A stretch of 64,000 nucleotides of DNA, taken from positions 132,666 through 196,665 of the forward strand of contig JAJDAO010000026.1 in assembly GCA_029261835.1 (NCBI GenBank), read 5' to 3'. The notes below the pieces were generated by a model that worked only from the letters and a program-made list of their open reading frames with translations, was not told the origin of the DNA and ran no database searches. Every line of letters starts with the position of its first letter. The stretch's first letter is position 1. The DNA comes from Deltaproteobacteria bacterium (GTDB lineage: Bacteria > Myxococcota_A > UBA9160 > UBA4427). Positions 9,629 to 17,482 of this stretch are shown here, piece after piece. Position numbers and translations under genes: made by a program.

Positions 9629-11470
9629 TCACGCCTTCACCGGAATGCCGAGATCCCGTTGCAGCTGGAAAACGAGGTGTTCCACCAGCATGCGATCGCT
9701 GGTGTGAAAGAAGCCGAGTCCTTCGTCGCCGGACTTGTGCGCTGTCAGCATCGCGTAGGCCGGTCCGTCGCCGAAGTAGAACAGGAACGGCCGATCGGTC
9801 CCGAGCGCAGCGGGCGCCACCCAGGTGATCGGCGCCCGCCCGTCGATCTCGTGTGTCTTCTCCGCAACGAGCACGACTTCGACGTGCGCACCGCACTCGA
9901 CGAGTCGCTCGACCCCCGCGGACACGACCGGCATGAGTCGGGACCCCGGCGAGACGAAGAGAAGTCCACGGTCCTTCGGGCGACGGGCCAGATCGTTCAG
10001 CAGGAAGTCTGCAATCTGCTCTGGCACCTCCGGTGGCTCGGGCTCCGCCCGCTCGAGCAGCGTTTCCAGCAGCTCCGCGAATGGGTTCTCAGCGAGCGCC
10101 AGAGAGGTCAGCATGCTCGCGCGGCTCTCCTCCAGGCGGTCGAGCAGAATACGCGCCAGCATGTCGAGCTGCGTGCCGTCGGATGGATACGTGGCCGAGG
10201 CGAGGGTCAACTTCAGTGGGCAGCCGGACTGCTGACCGGCCAGCAAATCGCTGCTCTCGATGGTTTCTCGGATGCGCTGCTTGAGCACCGCCGCACCGAG
10301 CGCGTCCGTTTCCGGCAGCAGCACGCGATAGCTGGCCTCATTCTCGATGGCGAGCAGATCGGTCGAGCGCAGTGCACTGCCAGCCTGCTGAACCAGGGCC
10401 TGCAGCCACTCGGTGAACTGGACCTCACTGCAGCCCCGCCGCATGTCCGCCACGCCAGCGAGCTCGAGCTGAATCAGCGAGAACCGGTGACCAAAGCGGC
10501 TGGCCTTCTGGATTTCGTTGCGGACGACATCCTCGAAGTAGGCATGCGTGTAGGCCCGTGTCGTCGGATCGCGGAATGAGCGACGCTCCAGAGAGCGAAA
10601 GCGCAGCGCGTTGACCACCGCTGCGGCGCCGAAGCCCACAAACCGCTCGGCCGCCGCGCGATCTCGATCGTCGAACGAGTCCGCATCGAGCTTGTCGCTC
10701 AAGCGAGCGATGCCCAGCAGCGAGCCGGCATGGCGTAGCGGCACGTACAGCGCCTCACCCTCTCGGCCATAGCGGGCGAGAGAGCGCACGACCGAGCGCC
10801 CATCCAGAATCGACTTCTCGAAGTCTTCGCCAATCGAAGTGATGTCGAGCTCTTCGGGTTCCTCTTCGACGCGGATGATGCCCCGGGCGCTCAGCAGCTT
10901 GACCTGGCTCTGCTCGAGATCCTCGACCACCCACAGCACGCCCCCTTGCGCGCGTGTCTCGAGGCACAGCCCCTCGATCAAGCGCTCGGCGAGGGGCCTT
11001 AGAGCCAGCGTCGAGAACAGGCCCGTCACACGCTCGTAGAGTGACAGTACGCTCATGAACTCGAGGTTCTCGGTCATGAGCCGCGCGTGCTCGTCCCGCA
11101 AGCGGCGTCGCTGCAGGATCTTCTCCAGCGAACACGCGAGCGTCTTGCGGTCGAACGGCTTCAGAATGTAGTCGGTGGCGCCCTGCTTCATGGCCTCGAC
11201 AGCCGTCTTCACGTCGACCACGCCGGTGACCATCACGATCTCTTGGTCGGGAAGGCGCTCTTTGATGCGCTTGACGAGCTGGCTGCCGTCGATACCGGGC
11301 ATCACGAGATCCGTGACGATGATCTCGAAGTCCTCGCGCTCGAGGATGTGCAGCGCCTCTTCGCCGCTCGACGCAGTCTGGACCTCGTACCCCTCATCGC
11401 TGAGGAGTCCCTCGATCAGCTCCCTGAAGTAGCGCTGGTCGTCGACCGCAAGAATTCGCGCTTTCGGCAT
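9629..11470 (-). CDS. response regulator with GAF, degenerate GGDEF and C-terminal DICT-like domain
   Basis: Receiver domain (ILAVDDQRYFRELIEGLL...IVTDLVMPGIDG). GAF-like middle. The GGDEF-fold region has ENEAS (10331-10345) in place of GGDEF. The C-terminal ~200 aa resemble a DICT sensory domain (weak call). Start at ATG 11470 behind GAGGGGTGGA; the ORF maximum is 11581. Confidence 0.8.
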   Translation of the reverse strand: MPKARILAVDDQRYFRELIEGLLSDEGYEVQTASSGEEALHILEREDFEIIVTDLVMPGIDGSQLVKRIKERLPDQEIVMVTGVVDVKTAVEAMKQGATDYILKPFDRKTLACSLEKILQRRRLRDEHARLMTENLEFMSVLSLYERVTGLFSTLALRPLAERLIEGLCLETRAQGGVLWVVEDLEQSQVKLLSARGIIRVEEEPEELDITSIGEDFEKSILDGRSVVRSLARYGREGEALYVPLRHAGSLLGIARLSDKLDADSFDDRDRAAAERFVGFGAAAVVNALRFRSLERRSFRDPTTRAYTHAYFEDVVRNEIQKASRFGHRFSLIQLELAGVADMRRGCSEVQFTEWLQALVQQAGSALRSTDLLAIENEASYRVLLPETDALGAAVLKQRIRETIESSDLLAGQQSGCPLKLTLASATYPSDGTQLDMLARILLDRLEESRASMLTSLALAENPFAELLETLLERAEPEPPEVPEQIADFLLNDLARRPKDRGLLFVSPGSRLMPVVSAGVERLVECGAHVEVVLVAEKTHEIDGRAPITWVAPAALGTDRPFLFYFGDGPAYAMLTAHKSGDEGLGFFHTSDRMLVEHLVFQLQRDLGIPVKA

Positions 11471-11516
11471 TCCACCCCTCGAACCGCCGGCCCGGTCCGC
11501 TTGGAGCAGAACCGAG

Positions 11517-13112
11517 TCAGCCGATGACCCTGAGCGCGCGCGCGCCCGAGTCCGTCTGGGCGGCGCTTCGCTCTGTCTCATCGGCGGACTGCCGCGCGAG
11601 CTTCACCGTTCTAGGGCGGAATCCCTGCGGATTTCCGTGATCGACGGTGGCAGCTGTGCGATGGGCCCCGATCAGCGAGTGGGGCGTTGCCTCGATGATG
11701 TCCACCATGAGGAGCTGACCGGGTCGCGTCGGCGGGCCGTCCTCCGCTTCCGGGCTCTGCAGGTTGACAGTGCGGTGGTACGGATCTCGGCCGCAGAGCT
11801 GCCCCGCGCCCCGCCGACTCGGTCCCTCGAGCAGCATTTCTGCGGGTCTTCCAACTCGACTGCGGTGGTAGTCGATCGTTAGCTCACGCTGCACTCGCTG
11901 AAGCTCGGCGAGCCGCCGCTGCGCCTCCCGTGGCTCCACCTCGCCCGGAAGCCCGGCGGCTGGCGTTCCCGGCCTCGCCGAGTACTTGAAGCTGTAGCTG
12001 TCAACGAATGCCAGCTCGCGCACCAGTGCGAGCGTCTGCTCGAAGTCGTCCTCGCTCTCGCCGGGGAAGCCTACGATCAGGTCCGTCGTGAGCGCGATGT
12101 CGCTTCGCGCCGATCGCAGATGTTCTGCGATGCGGGCGAAGTCTTCGCGCGTGTATCGTCTGCGCATCGCTTGGAGTACGCGGTTCGAGCCGCTCTGCAG
12201 CGGCAGGTGCACGTGTGGACAAAGGCTCTCGAGCTCCGCATGGGCGCGGACCAGAGCGTCGTCGAAGAAGAGCGGGTGGGGGCTCGTGTAGCGGATCCGC
12301 CGCAAGGAGGGGATGGCGTCCAGCCGCCGCAACAGTGCGTCGAAAGCGACGGTCCCCACCGCACGAGTTCGTTCGCTTCGCTGCTCGTGCCGGCCGTAGG
12401 CGTTGACGGTCTGGCCGAGCAGGGTGATCTCTCGCACGCCGCTCGCGACCAGCCGCTCGGCCTCCGACAACACCGCGTCGACTGGCCGACTGATCTCCCG
12501 CCCGCGGGTCGTGGGCACGATGCAGAAGCTGCAGAACATGTCGCAGCCCTCCATCACGGTGACGAATGCCTGTCCAGGAGAGCTGCGCGCGTAGTCGGCG
12601 TGGCGTGGGGGAAGCTCGAAGCGGTCGAGCGAGCGGACCTCCTGCGTGCGAACCGCACGTTCGCCCTCGAGCGCAGCCGTCACCAGCGATGGCACCAATC
12701 GCACGTTGTGGGTCCCGAAGACGAAGTCCACCTGCGGAAAGCGCTTCATGATTCGGTCGCCCACCTGCTGGGCGACGCACCCGCCGACGCCGAGCACCCG
12801 ACCGGGTCGCCGCTGCTTCCAGACACCCAGCTGTCCGAGGTCGCTGTAGAGCTGATTCTCGGCTTTCTCTCGGATCGAGCAGGTGTTGATCACGAGGACA
12901 TCGGCCGCCTCTGCCGCCGTCGCCTGCCGCAACCCGGCGTGATAGAGAAGATTGGCCAGCTTCTCCGAATCATGGACGTTCATCTGACATCCATACGTCG
13001 TGACGAAGAAGAGCGGCTGCTGGGCCAAGGGGCTGCCTCGCTGTAGCTGGGGATCTCGCTCCGCGCGGCATCGCGACCTGCCGGGGCGCGCCGAAAATAC
13101 CGGAAGCGCCAT
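11517..13112 (-). CDS. miaB: tRNA-2-methylthio-N6-dimethylallyladenosine synthase
   Basis: UPF0004 motif FFVTTYGCQMNVHDSE, radical-SAM CxxxCxxC (CDMFCSFC) and a TRAM C-terminus. The start is uncertain: ATG 13112, or TTG 13028 behind GAGG. The ORF maximum 13355 runs through an AT-rich non-coding island. Confidence 0.93.
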   Translation of the reverse strand: MALPVFSARPGRSRCRAERDPQLQRGSPLAQQPLFFVTTYGCQMNVHDSEKLANLLYHAGLRQATAAEAADVLVINTCSIREKAENQLYSDLGQLGVWKQRRPGRVLGVGGCVAQQVGDRIMKRFPQVDFVFGTHNVRLVPSLVTAALEGERAVRTQEVRSLDRFELPPRHADYARSSPGQAFVTVMEGCDMFCSFCIVPTTRGREISRPVDAVLSEAERLVASGVREITLLGQTVNAYGRHEQRSERTRAVGTVAFDALLRRLDAIPSLRRIRYTSPHPLFFDDALVRAHAELESLCPHVHLPLQSGSNRVLQAMRRRYTREDFARIAEHLRSARSDIALTTDLIVGFPGESEDDFEQTLALVRELAFVDSYSFKYSARPGTPAAGLPGEVEPREAQRRLAELQRVQRELTIDYHRSRVGRPAEMLLEGPSRRGAGQLCGRDPYHRTVNLQSPEAEDGPPTRPGQLLMVDIIEATPHSLIGAHRTAATVDHGNPQGFRPRTVKLARQSADETERSAAQTDSGARALRVIG

Positions 13113-13174
13113 TCGGGGCCAAGCGAGCGCCGGCCATTGGGAACCCGCCGAATAGCTTCTGTACAACATGATAA

Positions 13175-13200
13175 AGCCATCATAACTCGTTGTGATGGCT
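13175..13200. terminator. AT-rich hairpin flanked by T-rich runs on both strands (possible bidirectional terminator or operator)
   Basis: AGCCATCATAA-ctcg-TTGTGATGGCT forms an 11-bp stem with one G-U. It is followed by ATCTTTTCCTTCT on the plus strand and by TTTATCATGTTGT on the minus strand. It lies in the only clearly AT-rich island I noticed in the window. Confidence 0.35.
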
Positions 13201-13241
13201 ATCTTTTCCTTCTCACACTCAGATGCGCTCCGATTTCTCGA

Positions 13242-13269
13242 TTGACAATTCGCGGCGCCCCGCGATAAT
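13242..13269 (+). promoter_or_regulatory. near-consensus sigma70-type promoter with no downstream CDS
   Basis: TTGACA (13242-13247), a 16-nt spacer, then GATAAT (13264-13269). Read directly from the sequence. Confidence 0.5.
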
Positions 13270-13276
13270 GGCCGTT

Positions 13277-13520
13277 CTGGTGGAGGGTTGTCGTGCGAGC
13301 GGCGCTCCGTCAGCCGATCAGACGCGATGGCGCGGCAGAGTCCTGCGGAAGACACGCCGAGCCACCGACCAGCGAATCGCCAGGGAGCACGAAAAGAAAC
13401 GGTTCCGGAGTGGCGGTGGATTGGTCATTTCCACACGAAATGTCCAACCTCTCACCCCCCAAAATGAGTCCACCGCCCTCCCCCTGTAGCGCCCCGTCGG
13501 CCCCGCCGGCGGGGCGTCTC
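13277..13520 (+). ncRNA. candidate small non-coding RNA (6S-like size and closing helix; identity unproven)
   Basis: Lies downstream of the orphan promoter. GGTGGAGGGTTG (13279-13290) pairs with CAACCTCTCACC (13445-13456) at 11 of 12 positions, including two G-U pairs. TCGTG (13291-13295) pairs with CACGA (13434-13438). A GC hairpin GCCCCG-ccgg-CGGGGC sits at 13500-13515. No convincing ORF. Confidence 0.3.
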
Positions 13521-13588
13521 GTCGTCTGGCGTGGCGGTCTCCGGTACAACCGCTGCGAGAGACCACGGCCTCTGGCCCGCCGCACGCT

Positions 13589-15007
13589 CTAGAGCACGAT
13601 TTTGTCGACGATCTTGGAGAGCTGTCGCAGGTTGCGACACTCCTCGACGATGTCGCAATACGGGGCGTAGCGATCCATCACGCTATCGCCGAAGCCCCAG
13701 GCGCTCGGGCTCTCCGGGTTCAGCCAAACGACGTTCTTCGCTTTGCTGTGAATGTCGCGCAGGCACCACGCCTTCGGATCGTTGTAGTTGTTCCGGGCGT
13801 CGCCCAGGATGACGACCGTCGTGCGGTCGTCGATCGCCGACAGGTGGTTCTTCCAGAAGTGGTGAAACGCATACCCGAAGTTCGAACGCGTATAGACGTT
13901 GATCACGTCACCGCCGTCCAGTGCCTTCTCGATGGCGCTGCTGACCTCGCTGCCCTGGAAGATCGACGTCACTTCGCCGAGCTCCGAGACGAAGACATAG
14001 GACCGCATCTTGCTGAACGCTTCTTGCAGGCCGTACATGAACTGCAGCATGAAGCGCGAGACATTGGCCACAGAAGAGGAAACATCGCAGAGAATCAATA
14101 GCTTGGGTCGATCCTTGCGGCGGTGCCTGTACACGACTTCGAATGGGATGCCTCCGTGAGCCATGTTGCGACGCAGCGTCTGGTGGAGGTCGAGCTTGCC
14201 GCGCTTCAGTCGCTTCTTGCGGATCGAGAGAATGTTCTTGATGCGCTGCGCCAGGCGATTCACCACCTCGCGCATGCGGGCGATCTCCGCTTCCGTCAGA
14301 TGGTAGAAGCTCTTCTCCTGCAGCATCTCCTTGCGAAAGCGCTCCATGTAGTCGTGGTTCTGCGTCTGCAGCTCCCGCTCGACGAAGTTCTTCACGGCCC
14401 GGCGCATGTTCTCCAGCAGCTTCTGAACCAGCTGCCGCATCGCTTCGATGGCCTCGCTCCCCATGCCGGCCGCTTCCATGCGGGCGATGAGCGCCTCGAG
14501 CTGGCCGCCGGCACCCTCGAGATCCATCTGCTCACCCGCGCGCCGGCTGAAGAAGCCGATCTGCAGCATGTTCTCGATACGGGAGGTGCCCGCCATTTCG
14601 GCCGCCTGCCGGATCAGATTCTCGAGTGCGGAGAGATCCTGCGTGAGCAGTGCCTTGGCCAGCTCCGAGAGATCGACGTCGCCTTCGAGGCTGCCCATCA
14701 TCTCGGCCATCTGGCGCATCAGCTCTTCGAGGTCGACATCGAGCTCGCCCATCTGTTCGCCGAGCTGGCCGAAAGACTCTCGCAGATTGTCATAGAAGCC
14801 CGACCAGTAGAGATCGAACAGGTCGTCGAACGTGGCGATGTCGTCGCCTCGCTTCACGACGGCGGCCCTCAGCGCATCTCTGAAGATGCCGCGGTCCTCG
14901 ATCGAGAGCTCCTCCAGGGCGAGAAAGGCATCGATGCCCTCGGCGACCGACACGCGAATGCCGCTCTTGCGGAGCAGATTCGTGAACTCGATGACCTTTC
15001 TCTGCAT
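13589..15007 (-). CDS. VWA domain protein, CoxE-like
   Basis: 472 aa. The C-terminal von Willebrand A domain has a MIDAS motif (LILCDVSSSV). The N-terminal helical region is typical of CoxE-family partners of MoxR ATPases. 2-nt gap to the upstream MoxR gene. Confidence 0.85.
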   Translation of the reverse strand: MQRKVIEFTNLLRKSGIRVSVAEGIDAFLALEELSIEDRGIFRDALRAAVVKRGDDIATFDDLFDLYWSGFYDNLRESFGQLGEQMGELDVDLEELMRQMAEMMGSLEGDVDLSELAKALLTQDLSALENLIRQAAEMAGTSRIENMLQIGFFSRRAGEQMDLEGAGGQLEALIARMEAAGMGSEAIEAMRQLVQKLLENMRRAVKNFVERELQTQNHDYMERFRKEMLQEKSFYHLTEAEIARMREVVNRLAQRIKNILSIRKKRLKRGKLDLHQTLRRNMAHGGIPFEVVYRHRRKDRPKLLILCDVSSSVANVSRFMLQFMYGLQEAFSKMRSYVFVSELGEVTSIFQGSEVSSAIEKALDGGDVINVYTRSNFGYAFHHFWKNHLSAIDDRTTVVILGDARNNYNDPKAWCLRDIHSKAKNVVWLNPESPSAWGFGDSVMDRYAPYCDIVEECRNLRQLSKIVDKIVL

Positions 15008-15009
15008 GC

Positions 15010-15990
15010 TCAGTGGAGGATCCCCTTCTTGCTTGCTGCGGCCGGGGGCCGTTGAGGCGCCTCGGCCTGCGCCTCGGCCGTCTTCTTCTCGATCAGCTTG
15101 CCGAGCTCGCTACGCGCCTTCTGGACGTCGCCCTCATACTTGAGGATCACGTTCAGCGTATCGCTCACGATCTCCTCCTCGAGGGAGTCGGCGTTCAGCG
15201 CCATCAACGCTCGGGCCCAGTCGAGTGTTTCACTGATGGACGGAGCCTTCTTGAGATCCAGCTCACGAATCTTGTTCATCAGCTGGACCACGTCTTGAGC
15301 CAGCTGCTGGCCGATATCGGGCACCTTGGTGTCGAGGATTCTGATCTCGAGATCCTCGCTGGGATAATCGATCCAGAGGTGGAGGCAGCGGCGCTTGAGC
15401 GCGTCGCTCATCTCGCGCGCATCATTCGAGGTCAGGAAGACCAACGGCTGCGAGTTGGCCGTGATCGTTCCGATTTCGGGAATCGTCACCTGGAAGTCCG
15501 AGAGCACTTCGAGCAGGAAGGCCTCGAATTCGGGGTCTGACTTGTCCACCTCGTCGATCAGTAGGAGCGCCGGCAGCTCGCACGTAATCGCCCGCAGCAG
15601 CGGGCGCGGAACGATGAAGCGATCGGAGAAGAAGACCGAGTCCTCGCGGCCGACACTCTCGGCCGCTTCCGCCAGACTCTGCGAATCAGCGATCGTCTCG
15701 GAGACCTTGTCCTTGAGAATCTGGGTATAGAGGAGCTGCTTCGAGTACTCCCACTCGTAGAGGGCCTTGGCTTCGTCGAGCCCTTCGTAACACTGCAGTC
15801 GAATCAGCTCTCGGCCCAGCGCCTCGGAGACCACCTTGGCCAGCTCCGTCTTGCCAACACCAGCTGGTCCCTCCACCAGCACGGGCTTCTCGAGCTGCTG
15901 CGCCAGGAAGACCACCGTCGCGATCCGTCTGTCGCAGATGTAGCCCTTCTCCTGGAGTCGCTTCACGACTCCGTCAACTGACTCGAACAT
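15010..15990 (-). CDS. MoxR-family AAA+ ATPase
   Basis: Walker A (VLVEGPAGVGKTELAK), Walker B (LLLIDEVDK) and the MoxR/CoxD-like C-terminus. Start at ATG 15990 (MFESVDGVVKRLQEKGY). The upstream 160 codons of the track ORF are Arg/Gly-rich and run into ribBA. Confidence 0.9.
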   Translation of the reverse strand: MFESVDGVVKRLQEKGYICDRRIATVVFLAQQLEKPVLVEGPAGVGKTELAKVVSEALGRELIRLQCYEGLDEAKALYEWEYSKQLLYTQILKDKVSETIADSQSLAEAAESVGREDSVFFSDRFIVPRPLLRAITCELPALLLIDEVDKSDPEFEAFLLEVLSDFQVTIPEIGTITANSQPLVFLTSNDAREMSDALKRRCLHLWIDYPSEDLEIRILDTKVPDIGQQLAQDVVQLMNKIRELDLKKAPSISETLDWARALMALNADSLEEEIVSDTLNVILKYEGDVQKARSELGKLIEKKTAEAQAEAPQRPPAAASKKGILH

Positions 15991-16073
15991 GAACGCGACC
16001 TCGACTGAGCAGCTGCGCCGCCACCTGGCGCGAGTGAGAGAGAGCCCGCCACACCGCAGTGGGCAAGACCGGG

Positions 16074-17354
16074 CTAGCCCATCAGATTGAGTACGTGACC
16101 AAGCTTCTCTTTCTTCGTGCGGAGGTATCGAAGATTGTTCTCGTTCGGCGCAATCTCCAGCGGCACCCGCTCGACGATCTTGATCCCGTAGCCCTCGATG
16201 CCAGCCCGCTTGCCAGGATTGTTCGTAATGATACGGATCTCGCGGGCGCCCAGATCGGAGAGGATCTGGCTCCCGACGCCGTAGTCGCGCAGATCCGCTT
16301 TGAAACCCAGCCGATAATTGGCTTCGACCGTGTCGAGGCCCTCGTCGTCCTGCAGGGCGTAGGCCCTGATCTTGTTCTTGAGCCCGATGCCGCGGCCCTC
16401 CTGGCGCATGTAGAGCACCACCCCGACGCCCTCTTCGTCGATCATCCGCAGGGCGGCGTCGAGCTGCTCGCCACAATCACAGCGCGTTGAGCCAAAGGCA
16501 TCTCCGGTCAGGCATTCGCTGTGGACGCGCACCAGCACCGGCTCAGCCGGATCGATCTCGCCCTTGACCATCGCCATGTGGTCGACGTGGTCGATATCGT
16601 TTTCGTAGACGATGCAGCGAAACTCGCCGCCAGCACGGGTGGGCATGCGAGCATCCGCACCCCGCCGCACCAGACACTCGTTGCGCAGGCGGTGCTGAAT
16701 CAGGTCTTTGATGCTTACGATCTTGAGGCCGTGTCTCTCCGCGTACCGCACCAAGTCTGGCATGCGGGCCATGGTGCCGTCGTCGTTCATGATCTCGCAG
16801 ATCACGCCGCTGGGCTTCATGCCGGCCAGCCGCGCGAGATCGACCGATCCCTCGGTCTGCCCGACGCGACGCAACACGCCGCCTTCACGTGCTCGCAGCG
16901 GAAAGATGTGACCGGGCCGCACGATGTCCGATGGCCGGGCGTCTTCCCGAATCGCCTGCAGGATCGTGTGCGCGCGATCGTGGGCCGAAATGCCCGTCGT
17001 CACGCCTTCCCGGGCTTCGATCGAGACCGTGAAGGCAGTGCCGAAGGTGGCCGTATTCTCATAGTCGGGCACCATCATGCCGAGGTGCAGCTTCTGGAGC
17101 TGCTCCTCGGTCATCGTCAGACAGATCAACCCGCGGCCGTGGGTGGCCATGAAGTTGATCGCCTCGGGCGTAGCCGCCTCCGCCGCCATGCAGAGATCGC
17201 CCTCGTTCTCGCGATCCTCGTCGTCGACCAGGATCACCATGCCGCCGGCCCGGATCTCCTCTATCGCATCTTCAATGCTGGAGAGTGCCGAGCCGGGCTG
17301 ACCCGGTGCGCTTCGCAGGCGACCTGGGTTGCTGGAGGGGGGCGTGATAGGCAT
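16074..17354 (-). CDS. ribBA: bifunctional 3,4-dihydroxy-2-butanone-4-phosphate synthase / GTP cyclohydrolase II
   Basis: DHBP synthase motifs ([20 protein letters not shown]) followed by GTP cyclohydrolase II motifs ([27 protein letters not shown]). Confidence 0.96.
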   Translation of the reverse strand: MPITPPSSNPGRLRSAPGQPGSALSSIEDAIEEIRAGGMVILVDDEDRENEGDLCMAAEAATPEAINFMATHGRGLICLTMTEEQLQKLHLGMMVPDYENTATFGTAFTVSIEAREGVTTGISAHDRAHTILQAIREDARPSDIVRPGHIFPLRAREGGVLRRVGQTEGSVDLARLAGMKPSGVICEIMNDDGTMARMPDLVRYAERHGLKIVSIKDLIQHRLRNECLVRRGADARMPTRAGGEFRCIVYENDIDHVDHMAMVKGEIDPAEPVLVRVHSECLTGDAFGSTRCDCGEQLDAALRMIDEEGVGVVLYMRQEGRGIGLKNKIRAYALQDDEGLDTVEANYRLGFKADLRDYGVGSQILSDLGAREIRIITNNPGKRAGIEGYGIKIVERVPLEIAPNENNLRYLRTKKEKLGHVLNLMG

Positions 17355-17410
17355 TGTCGAGTCGGACCTCCCGTACGGACCGCTTGGACGGTTCCGGCGG
17401 GCGCCAAACG

Positions 17411-17439
17411 ACGATATCGGCGGCTGACGCGGGTGTCAA
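17411..17439 (-). promoter_or_regulatory. sigma70-like promoter candidate for ribBA
   Basis: Minus strand reads TTGACA (17439-17434), a 17-nt spacer, then TATCGT (17416-17411), about 55 nt upstream of the ribBA ATG. It overlaps a GACGCG/CGCGTC inverted repeat. Confidence 0.3.
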
Positions 17440-17482
17440 TTACGCGTCAAGGCGGCGGGGGCGACTGAGGGCAGGCTCGCGG

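Noticed and set aside
13277-13520. Assigning the candidate sRNA to tmRNA, RNase P RNA, SRP/4.5S RNA or a cobalamin riboswitch.
   Set aside because: On neither strand did I see the tRNA-like GGGG...CCA ends or a tag ORF (tmRNA). I saw no GAGGAAAGTCCGGGC P4 motif (RNase P), no GGAA-capped helix-8 motif AGCAGCC (SRP), and no B12 box in the right order. No downstream plus-strand gene exists for a riboswitch.
15991-16476. N-terminal extensions of maximal ORFs: MoxR to 16476, hbd to 27700, nnr to 38587, REC-GAF-GGDEF to 11581, guaB to 7535, SBP to 52171, HK to 56234.
   Set aside because: The extensions are compositionally odd, overlap the neighbouring gene, and precede an internal ATG with a Shine-Dalgarno-like motif where the homologous domain begins.
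17355-17482. FMN (RFN) riboswitch expected upstream of ribBA.
   Set aside because: The spacer is only 128 nt, with a promoter-like element about 55 nt from the ATG. I could not find the conserved RFN core segments.
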